Assembly (NCBI GenBank): GCA_017468465.1
Contig: JAFUIN010000003.1
Span: forward strand, 21,794-85,793
DNA: 64,000 nucleotides
Direction: 5' to 3'
Origin: Clostridia bacterium
GTDB taxonomy: Bacteria; Bacillota; Clostridia; UMGS1840
The notes under the pieces were generated by a model. That model was not told the DNA's origin. It searched no databases and was given only the letters and a program-made list of their open reading frames with translations. Below, piece after piece: positions 1-9,460 of this stretch (its first letter is position 1; the number at the start of each line of letters is the position of its first letter). Both the position numbers and the translations under genes were made by a program.

Positions 1-11
1 TGTTTGTAGAC

Positions 12-66
12 AGCGAAAAAAGATAAGAGGTTGTAACCCATGCTATGTGTTACAACCTCTTTTTTA
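12..66. terminator. Intrinsic terminator-like hairpin usable in both directions
   Basis: Perfect 12-bp stem AGAGGTTGTAAC (26-37) / GTTACAACCTCT (49-60) with an 11-nt loop. An A-run lies on the left flank and a T-run on the right. It sits immediately 3' of the minus-strand CDS ending at 77. Confidence 0.7.
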
Positions 67-76
67 TATGTCTGTT

Positions 77-859
77 TTATAATTCTAAAAGCCGCTGTGC
101 ATTCTGATAAAAGATTTTCTCTTTTTCATCGTCAGACAAGGGAAGCTTTTCGATGTTTTCAATCTCTTTTTTGATATGCCACATGGGATAATCCGTTCCA
201 AATAAGATTTTATCCATATCGTGTTTTCTTAGGATTTTTATCGCTAACTCAGGCGAAATAAATTCCAGCGTGGAGGATGTGTCAAAATAAATATTTTTTC
301 CGCAAAGAATATCCATAGAATCTTCCCAGGTGGAATAGCCTCCCAAATGGGCACCAATAACCGTAAGCTTTGGAAAATCTTCTAAAATCTTTTTAATTTT
401 TTCCGGATGGGAATAATCATATCGGTAGTCCCCCACATGAAACATCACAGCAAGTCTGCCGGACATCATTTCATAAATATGATACATTTGGGGTGATAAA
501 ATATCCAATTTTCCGAAATCGGGATGAAACTTGATGCCTTTCACGCCGTTTGCAATCAACTTCTCAATCTGCCCTTCGTTATCCTCATATTCGGGATGCA
601 AGGTCCCAAAGCCGATAAAATCGGAATTGTTTTGCAATTCGTCCAATAAAAAGTCATTGATATGTGCCACCTGGTCGGGACGGGTTGCAGTGGAATGAAT
701 GAGCATTTTATCTACGCCGTATTTTTTCCACTCGGACAACAAATCTTCACAGGTTCCGCCACAGTGCATATCAATATCATAAAAATCACCAATGGCTTTA
801 ACCGCTTTTTCGGCAATTTTTTTGGGATAAATGTGACAGTGACAGTCTATAATTTTCAT
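77..859 (-). CDS. Amidohydrolase-family (TIM-barrel metal-dependent hydrolase) protein
   Basis: 260-aa ORF. N-terminal IIDCHCHIYP (HxH metal-ligand motif) and a later FGTDYP motif are typical of amidohydrolase_2-type enzymes. Same strand as, and 32 nt downstream of, the preceding CDS. Confidence 0.7.
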   Translation of the reverse strand: MKIIDCHCHIYPKKIAEKAVKAIGDFYDIDMHCGGTCEDLLSEWKKYGVDKMLIHSTATRPDQVAHINDFLLDELQNNSDFIGFGTLHPEYEDNEGQIEKLIANGVKGIKFHPDFGKLDILSPQMYHIYEMMSGRLAVMFHVGDYRYDYSHPEKIKKILEDFPKLTVIGAHLGGYSTWEDSMDILCGKNIYFDTSSTLEFISPELAIKILRKHDMDKILFGTDYPMWHIKKEIENIEKLPLSDDEKEKIFYQNAQRLLEL

Positions 860-891
860 GAATACGCCTTCTTTTCGCTAAATATGGTTTG

Positions 892-2019
892 TTAAAAAAT
901 GAGCTTGTCCAAAATCGGGTCCACATGGAATGCCCGTTTGATTGCTCTGGTTGCTTCTCCTTTTGGGGAAGCGTTTTTTGTTTTTTCGGCTAAAATCAAA
1001 AGATTTTTTGGTGTTTCCAAGGGAGAAACAAACTCGGTTGCCACAACAGCATAGCCTTGTTCCTCCAAGGTTTTTACACGGTAAATGTCGGTCAGTAAAT
1101 CCGAAAACCGCTTTTTGAAAATGCCATTTTCGGTAAAATACGGCATTTCCTCTGTTTTTATAGTATCTAAAAATTCCTTATGACAGCAAGGTGCAATGGC
1201 TGCAATCTGCGCTCCATTGTTCACCGCTACCGCAATGGCAAAGTCTGTTGCCACATCACATGCATGCAAAGAGATGGCAACATCCATCCGGGTAGGCGGT
1301 GTAAACTCCAGAATATCGGCACAGTAAAAATCCATATTGTAATATTTTAATTCATCCCGGATTTTTTTGGATGCTTCCACCACATCTTCACGGATATCTA
1401 CCCCGATAATCCGGCATCGACGCTTCATCACATCACACAGATAGAAATTCAAGAAGAAAGACAAATAAGATTTTCCGCATGCTAAATCATACACCGTAAT
1501 TTCACGGTCCTGCGGCAGTTTTTTTAAGTAAGGCACCAAAAGCTCGATAAAATGCTCTGCCTGTGTGAATTTTCTCACATGGGTGTTCTTCAACTTTCCG
1601 TTTTCTGAAACAAAATCCAACACCCTCAGAAGCTTATTGGCAGCTTTTGGCGAAATGATATGCTTTTCTTCCCCTTTCGATACCTCTGCAACCTGATTGT
1701 CGCTTTTTGTGGAAACGTTTTTATTATCCGCACGAAGCATCAATCTGCCGGTGCGGTCTGCATAGGTAAGAGTTAGGATATCATATAAATTTGCCTGTTC
1801 AATCAGGTGGGAAAAGACCGTGTCAAATGCTCCCCTGATGGTTTCCTTTTGAAAGGTCAATACATAAGTTTCTCCCTCAAACAAAATCGAAAAGGGATAA
1901 GAAACCGTGCCAGATTGATAGCTTCCGGAAACTTCTATAAACAAATCCTTGTTCTCAAGAAACCTCGACTGCATTCCACCGCAAAACAGTTTTACTTTTT
2001 GGACAGCTTGTTTATTCAA
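892..2019 (-). CDS. Class I SAM-dependent methyltransferase with an uncharacterised N-terminal domain
   Basis: 375-aa ORF. It carries the SAM-binding motif I VYDLACGKSY, followed by IIGVDI. The first ~170 aa carry no motif I recognise. It starts 14 nt after the purD stop. Confidence 0.7.
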   Translation of the reverse strand: MNKQAVQKVKLFCGGMQSRFLENKDLFIEVSGSYQSGTVSYPFSILFEGETYVLTFQKETIRGAFDTVFSHLIEQANLYDILTLTYADRTGRLMLRADNKNVSTKSDNQVAEVSKGEEKHIISPKAANKLLRVLDFVSENGKLKNTHVRKFTQAEHFIELLVPYLKKLPQDREITVYDLACGKSYLSFFLNFYLCDVMKRRCRIIGVDIREDVVEASKKIRDELKYYNMDFYCADILEFTPPTRMDVAISLHACDVATDFAIAVAVNNGAQIAAIAPCCHKEFLDTIKTEEMPYFTENGIFKKRFSDLLTDIYRVKTLEEQGYAVVATEFVSPLETPKNLLILAEKTKNASPKGEATRAIKRAFHVDPILDKLIF

Positions 2020-2033
2020 GGCAAAAACCCCTT

Positions 2034-3311
2034 TTATTGATATTTCTTAATGCCGATGTCCCGTCTGAAATGGGCATCGGTAAAGGAAATTTTTGCTACC
2101 GCATCGTATGCTTCACGGATGGCATCGTCTAAATTGGAGCCGGTAGCTGTAACACCGATTACACGGCCGCCGGCAGTGTAAAACTTGCCGTTTTCTGCCT
2201 TGGTACCGGCGTGATAGACAAAGATGTTTTCTTTTTCTTCTGCCTGTTCTATACCGGTAATTTCATAGCCGGTCTGGTATTTTTTGGGATATCCGCCTGA
2301 TGCCATAATCACGCATACACAAGCATTGTCCTCCCATTCAATATTCAACTGGTCTAATTTTTCGTCAATAATTGCATCAAAAATGGTCAGCAGATTGGTT
2401 TTTAATCTGGGCAAAACCACCTGGGTTTCCGGGTCTCCAAAACGAGCATTATATTCAATCACTTTCACACCGTTTTTGGTTGCCATCAGCCCGAAATACA
2501 AAACCCCCTTAAAAGGTCTGCCTTCACTACGCAGTCCGTTGATAGTGGGCAGGAAGATGTTTTCCATACATTCTTTTTCCAAGTCTTTGGTGTAAACACG
2601 ACTGGGAGAAAAGGTTCCCATCCCGCCGGTGTTTAAGCCCTCGTCATTATCGTATGCACGTTTATGGTCCTGAGCAGAAACCATAGGCACAACAGTTTTG
2701 CCGTCGGTAAATGCCAGCACGGAAATTTCCGGTCCGGTTAAAAATTCTTCAATGACAACTTTGGAGCCGGATGCGCCAAACACTTTGTCCACCATCATTT
2801 CGTTGATGGCAGCAACTGCTTCTTCCTCATTTTGCGCAATGATAACCCCTTTTCCCAGTGCCAGACCGTCTGCTTTGATAACTGCAGGATATGTGTTTTC
2901 GGTTTTCAAGTAAGAAATGGCAGCTTCTGCATCGGTAAAGGTTTCATATTTTGCGGTAGGAATGTTGTATTTTTTCATCAGCTCTTTAGAAAAAGCCTTG
3001 CTTCCTTCCACAATAGCAGCATTTTTACGAGGACCGAAGGCGCGGATTCCTACTTTTTCCAGCTCGTCCACCAAGCCCAGCACCAACGGGTCATCCGGTG
3101 CAACCATGACCATGTCAAACTGTTCTTCTTTGGCATATGCCACTAATTTTTCAATTTCGGTTGCCTTGATGGGTACCAGTGTGGCAAGCTCTCCGATTCC
3201 GCCGTTTCCGGGGGCACAAAAAATATTCAAATCGGGGTTGTCCCGTTTTAAGCATTTGATAATGGCGTGTTCTCTTCCACCGCCGCCAACAACTAAAAGC
3301 TTTTTGCTCAT
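2034..3311 (-). CDS. purD: Phosphoribosylamine--glycine ligase
   Basis: 425-aa ORF. It has an LLVVGGGGREHA N-terminus and ATP-grasp architecture, with full-length resemblance to PurD. Confidence 0.95.
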   Translation of the reverse strand: MSKKLLVVGGGGREHAIIKCLKRDNPDLNIFCAPGNGGIGELATLVPIKATEIEKLVAYAKEEQFDMVMVAPDDPLVLGLVDELEKVGIRAFGPRKNAAIVEGSKAFSKELMKKYNIPTAKYETFTDAEAAISYLKTENTYPAVIKADGLALGKGVIIAQNEEEAVAAINEMMVDKVFGASGSKVVIEEFLTGPEISVLAFTDGKTVVPMVSAQDHKRAYDNDEGLNTGGMGTFSPSRVYTKDLEKECMENIFLPTINGLRSEGRPFKGVLYFGLMATKNGVKVIEYNARFGDPETQVVLPRLKTNLLTIFDAIIDEKLDQLNIEWEDNACVCVIMASGGYPKKYQTGYEITGIEQAEEKENIFVYHAGTKAENGKFYTAGGRVIGVTATGSNLDDAIREAYDAVAKISFTDAHFRRDIGIKKYQ

Positions 3312-3393
3312 AATAAAATTTCTCCTGTCTGATTTCTAAAATGCAAATAGGGAAATTAAAAAACGCTACATTTTTTAAGTTCCCTATCCTATC

Positions 3394-4569
3394 TTAATGA
3401 TGGAACAAACGGTTGCCGGTAAACACCATTGCAATGCCGTATTTGTTACAGGTATCAATTACATGATCATCACGGATGGATCCGCCGGGCTGTGCAATAT
3501 ATTCTACACCACTTTTTCTTGCCCGTTCAATATTGTCACCAAAGGGGAAGAATGCGTCGGAACCAACTGACACACCGGACTGGGTTTTCAGCCATTCCAT
3601 CCGTTCTTCACGGGTGAGAACCTCCGGTTTTTCTTCAAAGAAATTCTCCCAAACACCATCTGCCAAAACATCCATATATTCGTCAGAAATATACACGTCA
3701 ATGGTGTTGTCACGGTCCGGACGGCGAATATCTTTTTTGAATTTTAAGTTTAACACTTTTTCATGCTGACGAAGATACCAGGTATCTGCCTTGTTGCCTG
3801 CCAGTCTGGTGCAGTGAATACGAGACTGCTGACCTGCACCAACTCCGATTACCTGTCCGCCTTTTGCGTAACAAACAGAATTGGACTGGGTATATTTCAA
3901 CGTAATGAGTGCAATGATCAGGTCAATTTTTGCACTGTCGGGAAAGGTTTTCGCCTCAGTAACAAAATTGGTCAACATATTTTCGTCAATTTTCAGTTCG
4001 TTTCTGCCCTGTTCAAAGGTGATGCCAAACACATCACGGCGTTCTACGGGCTTTGGAACATAGTTTTTGTCAATCTGAATAACAGTGTAACCGCCCTTAC
4101 GTTTGGATTTTAAGATTTCCAGCGCTTCGGGAGTATAATCGGGAGCGATAATCCCGTCGGAAACTTCTTTGGCAATAATTGCCGCAGTTTCTTTATCGCA
4201 GGTATCAGATAATGCGATAAAATCGCCATAGGAAGACATTCTGTCTGCTCCTCTTGCTCTTGCGTATGCACAAGCCATGGGAGACAGTTCAAACTCTTCC
4301 ACAAAGTTAATTTTCTTTTCCAAATCGGAAAGAGGCAAACCTACTGCCGCACCTGCCGGGCTGACATGTTTGAAGGATGCTGCTGCCGGAAGACCGGTTG
4401 CTTCTTTTAATTCTTTTACCAGCTGCCAGCTGTTAAAGGCATCTAAAAAGTTGATGTAGCCGGGTCTGCCGTTTAAGATGGTAATTGGCAAGTCATATTC
4501 TTCGGTAAAAATACGGGAAGGCTTTTGATTGGGGTTACAACCGTATTTTAATTCTAATTCTTTACTCAT
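3394..4569 (-). CDS. purH: AICAR formyltransferase (stand-alone C-terminal half of PurH)
   Basis: 391-aa ORF with KYGCNPNQ, KHVSPAGAAVG, SDAFFPFGDNIE and a C-terminal TGNRLFHH, all as in the AICARFT half of PurH. The MGS-like IMP cyclohydrolase half is absent. Confidence 0.85.
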   Translation of the reverse strand: MSKELELKYGCNPNQKPSRIFTEEYDLPITILNGRPGYINFLDAFNSWQLVKELKEATGLPAAASFKHVSPAGAAVGLPLSDLEKKINFVEEFELSPMACAYARARGADRMSSYGDFIALSDTCDKETAAIIAKEVSDGIIAPDYTPEALEILKSKRKGGYTVIQIDKNYVPKPVERRDVFGITFEQGRNELKIDENMLTNFVTEAKTFPDSAKIDLIIALITLKYTQSNSVCYAKGGQVIGVGAGQQSRIHCTRLAGNKADTWYLRQHEKVLNLKFKKDIRRPDRDNTIDVYISDEYMDVLADGVWENFFEEKPEVLTREERMEWLKTQSGVSVGSDAFFPFGDNIERARKSGVEYIAQPGGSIRDDHVIDTCNKYGIAMVFTGNRLFHH

Positions 4570-4591
4570 AGCAGTAAGTTTCCTTTCTTGA

Positions 4592-5299
4592 TTACTGATT
4601 TTTATTTACCATTCTGGTTTCCCATGTTCCGTCTTCCAAAGAAATGTAACGAACAAACAATGAAACCTTGTTGTCTTCATTCAGGCTTGTCCATAAGGTA
4701 TTGGTAAAGCAATCAATATCTTCGTTTACTTCCACCAATTCCGGTTCTCCGTAAAAAGAAGGAATGGGGGTTCCATCGCATTTGTAGGTGTGGATAAAAT
4801 GTCCTTCCCCTGCTACAGGCTCTCCATATTCATAGAAAAATCTCTGACAGGATTCTCCGTTGCCCATTGCGCTTTTTAAGATGGACATTTTGTAGGAAAA
4901 TGCTCCGCCATCCACATGAAGCTCTGCGGAAATACGTGGGGTAAAGTTTGGAGCATCCGGTTCAAACTCACGGGTACGAAGTGCTTCTTCAAAGGTTTTT
5001 CCATTTTTTAAGAAATCATACACCGTATCGGTCTGGTCCCCATTGGTTACAACAGTTTTGTTACCCAATACACGAACCGGTGCATAAATAATCAAAGACG
5101 GATCACTTAATTTTGACGGATCATAGGCTTCGGTACGGATTCCGTCACCATCAGTCACAAACACACGGTTACGGCTGTTTTCGGATCTTCCCATAATAAA
5201 GTAGGCAGTAACGGCATGTTTTCCGTCTTTGGATTTTCCAACAATGATTCCTCTGCCGGGGTAGGAGTTGTTTTTCAGTAATTCTGCAATCTGATTCAT
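4592..5299 (-). CDS. purO: PurO-type (archaeal-like) IMP cyclohydrolase
   Basis: 235-aa ORF. The N-terminus YPGRGIIVGKSKDGKHAVTAYFIMGRSENSRNR follows the PurO family pattern. It sits directly upstream of the cyclohydrolase-less purH. Confidence 0.65.
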   Translation of the reverse strand: MNQIAELLKNNSYPGRGIIVGKSKDGKHAVTAYFIMGRSENSRNRVFVTDGDGIRTEAYDPSKLSDPSLIIYAPVRVLGNKTVVTNGDQTDTVYDFLKNGKTFEEALRTREFEPDAPNFTPRISAELHVDGGAFSYKMSILKSAMGNGESCQRFFYEYGEPVAGEGHFIHTYKCDGTPIPSFYGEPELVEVNEDIDCFTNTLWTSLNEDNKVSLFVRYISLEDGTWETRMVNKNQ

Positions 5300-5316
5300 G
5301 TTTTATTGTTCCTTTC

Positions 5317-5904
5317 TTATGCTTTGCCGGAGAGTACCAGTTCACAGGCGCGAGGCAAAATTTTCCACTCCGCCTGTTCCATAACACGCTTTTGCAAAAT
5401 TTCAGGGGTATCTCCGTCCTCCACCATTACCGGCTGTTGCAAAATGATTTTGCCGCCATCGGTAATTTCGTTGACAAAATGAACGGTTGCACCCGTTACC
5501 TTAACGCCTTTTGTGAGTGCTGCTTCATGAACTTTTAATCCATAAAAGCCATCCCCGCAAAAGGATGGAATGAGGGAAGGATGCACATTGATAATTTTAT
5601 TTTGAAATGCTTCGATAATTTCTTTCCCAATGATCGATAAAAAACCGGCTAATACAATTAAATCCGGATTTTCTTTCTCCAACTCGGCAAGCAATGCTTT
5701 TTGATACGCCTCATTGTCTGAAAAGCTTTTTCTGTCTACCACAACGCTCTCAATGCCTGCGTTTTTGGCACGTTCCAAAGCGTAGACACCGGGCTTGGAG
5801 GAGATGACCTTGGTAATGGTTCCGGAGGTGATTACATCTTTGGCATCAATCAACGCCTGAAGATTGGTTCCACCGCCGGATACTAACACAACAATCTTTT
5901 TCAT
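5317..5904 (-). CDS. purN: Phosphoribosylglycinamide formyltransferase
   Basis: 195-aa ORF with the VLVSGGGTNLQALID motif. Its start codon overlaps the purM stop by 1 nt (TAATG). Confidence 0.9.
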   Translation of the reverse strand: MKKIVVLVSGGGTNLQALIDAKDVITSGTITKVISSKPGVYALERAKNAGIESVVVDRKSFSDNEAYQKALLAELEKENPDLIVLAGFLSIIGKEIIEAFQNKIINVHPSLIPSFCGDGFYGLKVHEAALTKGVKVTGATVHFVNEITDGGKIILQQPVMVEDGDTPEILQKRVMEQAEWKILPRACELVLSGKA

Positions 5905-6950
5905 TATATCAGTTGAACTCCTGCATCACCGTTTTCCACAGTACCCAATATGTATGCCTTTTCGCCTAAGGATTCAATAATCTTCACAACGCCTTCTGCA
6001 TCACCTTTGTTTACAGCCATACATAAACCAATACCCATATTATAAGTATTGAACATATTTTCTTCCGAAATGTTACCGGTTTTCTGAAGCAGTTTGAAAA
6101 TGGGCAGCACCGGGAAGGAATCTTTTTTGATCACTGCCTGGGTTCCCTTGGGTAACATTCTGGGAATATTTTCATAGAAGCCACCGCCGGTGATGTGAGA
6201 AATCGCTTTCACTTTATACTGTGCTAAAACCGCCAATACAGTTTTTACGTAAATTTTGGTGGGAATGATTAACGCCTCTCCCAAAGTCATACCCAACTCG
6301 TCATAATATACTGCTAAATTTTTCTTTGCTTCTTCTTCAGGACCGTTTAAGTCAAACACTTTTCTTACCAGCGAATATCCGTTGGAATGAATGCCGGAAG
6401 AAGCCACACCAATCAACACGTCGCCTTCTGCCACGGTGGAACCGTCGATGATGTTTTCTTTATCCACAACACCAACAGAGAATCCTGCCAAATCGTATTC
6501 ATCAACAGGATAGAAACCGGGCATTTCCGCAGTTTCGCCGCCAACCAATGCGCATTCACCTAAAATACAACCGTCGCTGACACCTTTTACGATTTCTGCA
6601 ATCCGTTCGGGAACATTTTTTCCCACAGCCAGATAATCCAGGAAAAACAACGGTTTTGCGCCGGAACAAACAATATCATTTACACACATTGCAACACAGT
6701 CCTGCCCAACGGTATCATGTTTGCCGGTTAAAAATGCGATTTTCAGTTTTGTACCAACTCCGTCAGTACCGGAAACCAAAACAGGATTGGTGTAATTTCC
6801 AGTCTGGAACAATTCAAACAAACCGCCAAAACCGCCAATTTCAGTCATAACACCCTTGGTAAAGGTTTTTTTCACGCTGTCTTTAATCAGTTCTACAGAG
6901 CGATATCCTGCATGAATATCAACGCCTGCCTGTTTATATGCTTCATTCAT
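5904..6950 (-). CDS. purM: Phosphoribosylformylglycinamidine cyclo-ligase (AIR synthetase)
   Basis: 348-aa ORF with EIGGFGGLF and SGTDGVGTK motifs. Confidence 0.95.
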   Translation of the reverse strand: MNEAYKQAGVDIHAGYRSVELIKDSVKKTFTKGVMTEIGGFGGLFELFQTGNYTNPVLVSGTDGVGTKLKIAFLTGKHDTVGQDCVAMCVNDIVCSGAKPLFFLDYLAVGKNVPERIAEIVKGVSDGCILGECALVGGETAEMPGFYPVDEYDLAGFSVGVVDKENIIDGSTVAEGDVLIGVASSGIHSNGYSLVRKVFDLNGPEEEAKKNLAVYYDELGMTLGEALIIPTKIYVKTVLAVLAQYKVKAISHITGGGFYENIPRMLPKGTQAVIKKDSFPVLPIFKLLQKTGNISEENMFNTYNMGIGLCMAVNKGDAEGVVKIIESLGEKAYILGTVENGDAGVQLI

Positions 6951-6965
6951 ATGCTTCGTCTCCTT

Positions 6966-7463
6966 TTATAAGCTTGCTACTTCGTCCTGCAGTTTTTTGT
7001 CTTTTGCACGGACTTCGTTAGCCATATTCTCTTTCATTGCTTCTAATTTGGTTTCGATATCTTTATATTTTAAGGAAAGAATCTGCAATGCTAAAATTGC
7101 CGCATTGTCGCCACCGTCGATAGCAACCGTTGCCACCGGAATGCCCTTTGGCATCTGCACAATGGAAAGCAGTGCATCCAACCCATCTAAAGTGGAAGCC
7201 TTAATGGGAATGCCGATGACAGGCAAAGTGGTAAACGCTGCCAGCACACCGCCAAGATGTGCTGCTTTTCCTGCTGCAGCAATCAACACTTCAAAACCAT
7301 TGGCTTTTGCATTTTTAGAAAACTGCGCTGCATCCTCAGGAGTTCTGTGGGCAGACATCACTTTCACTTCCACGTCTACTCCGTAATCTTTTAATGTTTT
7401 AATACATCCTTTTAACTGGGGAAAATCAGAATCGCTTCCCATAATGACTGCAACTTTTGGCAT
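6966..7463 (-). CDS. purE: 5-(carboxyamino)imidazole ribonucleotide mutase / AIR carboxylase catalytic subunit
   Basis: 165-aa ORF with [10 protein letters not shown] and SAHRTP motifs. It is the first gene of the pur operon in this window. Confidence 0.9.
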   Translation of the reverse strand: MPKVAVIMGSDSDFPQLKGCIKTLKDYGVDVEVKVMSAHRTPEDAAQFSKNAKANGFEVLIAAAGKAAHLGGVLAAFTTLPVIGIPIKASTLDGLDALLSIVQMPKGIPVATVAIDGGDNAAILALQILSLKYKDIETKLEAMKENMANEVRAKDKKLQDEVASL

Positions 7464-7535
7464 TTTTTCTCATGTCCTTTCCTGACTTTTCGTTTTTCAG
7501 ATAACCATAATACGCTATCCTAACATATCAGCATC

Positions 7536-7564
7536 ATTATATCATAGCTACCAAGAAAATGCAA
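7536..7564 (-). promoter_or_regulatory. Sigma-A-type promoter candidate for the pur operon
   Basis: On the minus strand: TTGCAT (7559-7564), a 17-nt spacer, then TATAAT (7536-7541). It lies about 70 nt upstream of the purE ATG. Confidence 0.55.
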
Positions 7565-7614
7565 TACAATCCGACCAATTTTTTGAAAATTTACAAGGAC
7601 ATTCCCTCTTTTTG

Positions 7615-7643
7615 TCATAATGAAAAACCCGCTTGCATATAGT
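7615..7643 (+). promoter_or_regulatory. Sigma-E-like (mother-cell) promoter candidate
   Basis: TCATAAT (7615-7621), 14 nt, then CATATAGT (7636-7643). Compare the Bacillus sigma-E consensus kmATATT-N14-CATACAmT. It lies ~55 nt upstream of the ATG at 7698. Confidence 0.4.
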
Positions 7644-7697
7644 GAAATGAAAATAAAAAGAGTTCGCTCAAAAATCTTTTTACAAGGAGAAACACTT

Positions 7698-9206
7698 ATG
7701 TCAGAAGGAACCGTAACAAAAACCGTCTGGAATAAAACCCTTCCCAAAAAAGTTGAATGGGATTGTAACGTGCCGGATTCCAAACGGGACATCTTAAAAC
7801 TGCTGTCTCAAACACTCACCGGACATATCGTTGATTACGAAATCAAGGACAACTTATTCACAGCAAGAGTAGAAGCCTCTGCAACCTTGCTTTATCTTCC
7901 TGAAGGAACTGATACCCCCGGAATTGCAGCGCTGAAATCAAGCGAAGCCTTTACTGTGAAAGCAGAGCTTCCCACGGACTTACATTGGGATTTTTCCAAA
8001 GTACAATGCAGCTTCACCAGCCACACTCCTGTGTTTATCAATTCCAGAAAAGCAGGAATCCGGGGACAAATGGCACTAAACATCTGTCTTTTGGAAAATA
8101 CCTCTGTTCCTTGCCCCAACACCGAACAAAACGAAGTCGAGTTGCTGTGGCAAACCGTTGACACCTATTCGGTGCCGGTGATGGAAGAGGAGCAATTCCC
8201 TTTTTCTTTGAATTTTCCGCTTCCGCAGGGAAAGCCACCGGTCATTGAGCTTCTGGAAACAAATGTCTCCATCCGGAATCCTGATTTGAAAGCCATCTCC
8301 AACAAAGCAGTGGCAAAAGGAAATCTGGAAGTAAAAGTGTTATATTCCTCCACCCACTCCACCTTAGAAATTGCAGAGTTTTCTTCACCTTTTACCGAAA
8401 TTCTGGATGTTGGAAATTTAGAGGATTCCTACCAAATCACCTACGAAATGAAGCCGGTACTCACCACCTCTGAAATTATGCAAAATGAAGAGGGAGAGGC
8501 GAAAAACCTTTGCTTCTATGGCAGTATTCATATCCATCTGACTGCCCGAGAAAACAAGCAAATCGCTCTTGTTACAGATGCCTACAGCCCAAAATTTCAA
8601 ACCAAATTGCTCACAAAAAATGCTTCCTTTGAGCGTTGTCAGTGTCTTGATGCAGAATCCTTTACTGTAAAAGAAATCCTTTCTTTATCGGATAGCCAGC
8701 TGGAAGAAATTTTAGATATCAGTGCCACGCCAATAATCAAAAATGCAAAAGCAGAAGACCATGCAATGCGAGCAAGCGGCAGTTTAGAAACCAAAATTTT
8801 GTATAAATCCGGTGACCGCATTCATTCGGTAACAAAAGAAATCCCCTTTGAAATCCTTAAGGATATCGCTCCGGAGAATTGGGATAATGTTTCGGTCAAT
8901 ATTGATCTGAATCATTTTTCCTATCACATCGTAAACCAAAACAATTTGGAAATCCGTGCCGGATTAACCTATTCTCTCTGCCTTTCGAAACAGCAACAAA
9001 TTCCATGTATAGAGGGAATCCTGCTGGAAAAAGATGCACCGAACATCTGCGACCGCGCACCCATTGTTGCCTACATCATAAAGCCCGGAGACACCCTTTT
9101 TCAGATTGCCAAAAAATATGTCACCACCGTTGACCGCCTAAAAGCCGTCAACAACATCGAAAACGACCGGAATTTGAAAGTCGGCAGCTATTTGATTATT
9201 GAATAA
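7698..9206 (+). CDS. DUF3794-like repeat protein with C-terminal LysM domain (SipL-like spore morphogenetic protein candidate)
   Basis: The ORF track starts at 7620. I moved the start to the ATG at 7698, which is preceded by AAGGAGA; the longer start would lie inside the predicted promoter. The C-terminal ~45 aa (YIIKPGDTLFQIAKKYVTTVDRLKAVNNI...LKVGSYLII) is a canonical LysM domain. Confidence 0.75.
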   Translation: MSEGTVTKTVWNKTLPKKVEWDCNVPDSKRDILKLLSQTLTGHIVDYEIKDNLFTARVEASATLLYLPEGTDTPGIAALKSSEAFTVKAELPTDLHWDFSKVQCSFTSHTPVFINSRKAGIRGQMALNICLLENTSVPCPNTEQNEVELLWQTVDTYSVPVMEEEQFPFSLNFPLPQGKPPVIELLETNVSIRNPDLKAISNKAVAKGNLEVKVLYSSTHSTLEIAEFSSPFTEILDVGNLEDSYQITYEMKPVLTTSEIMQNEEGEAKNLCFYGSIHIHLTARENKQIALVTDAYSPKFQTKLLTKNASFERCQCLDAESFTVKEILSLSDSQLEEILDISATPIIKNAKAEDHAMRASGSLETKILYKSGDRIHSVTKEIPFEILKDIAPENWDNVSVNIDLNHFSYHIVNQNNLEIRAGLTYSLCLSKQQQIPCIEGILLEKDAPNICDRAPIVAYIIKPGDTLFQIAKKYVTTVDRLKAVNNIENDRNLKVGSYLIIE

Positions 9207-9207
9207 C

Positions 9208-9245
9208 GAAAAAGGCTTACAGCGTTTGCTGTAAGCCTTTTTTTG
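9208..9245. terminator. Bidirectional intrinsic terminator between convergent genes
   Basis: AAAAAGGCTTACAGC / GCTGTAAGCCTTTTT stem around a GTTT loop, flanked by an A-run and a T-run. It lies between the LysM protein stop (9206) and the rpmE stop (9250). Confidence 0.8.
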
Positions 9246-9249
9246 GATT

Positions 9250-9447
9250 TTATAAACCAAATTTCTTTTTGAATTTTTCAACACGTCCGCCGGTGTCTAC
9301 CAGTTTCTGTTTACCGGTATAGAACGGATGGCATTTTGCACAAATTTCCACGTGCAGGTTTTCCTTGCTGGAGCCGGTTTCATAAACCGCGCCACAAGCA
9401 CAGGTAATAGTGGTTTTTTTGTAATCCGGATGGATTCCCTGTTTCAT
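9250..9447 (-). CDS. rpmE: 50S ribosomal protein L31 (zinc-binding type A)
   Basis: 65 aa. MKQGIHPDY start with CxC...CxxC cysteines. It begins 13 nt after rplQ. Confidence 0.95.
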   Translation of the reverse strand: MKQGIHPDYKKTTITCACGAVYETGSSKENLHVEICAKCHPFYTGKQKLVDTGGRVEKFKKKFGL

Positions 9448-9460
9448 TGTGAATACCTCC

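Noticed and set aside
7464-7535. I looked for a purine riboswitch or PurR boxes in the purE leader and promoter.
   Set aside because: The ~70-nt leader has none of the conserved purine-aptamer junction sequences. Two weak PurBox-like strings exist (near 7485-7497 and 7570-7582), but they match the Bacillus consensus only partially and are spaced wrongly for a PurR site.
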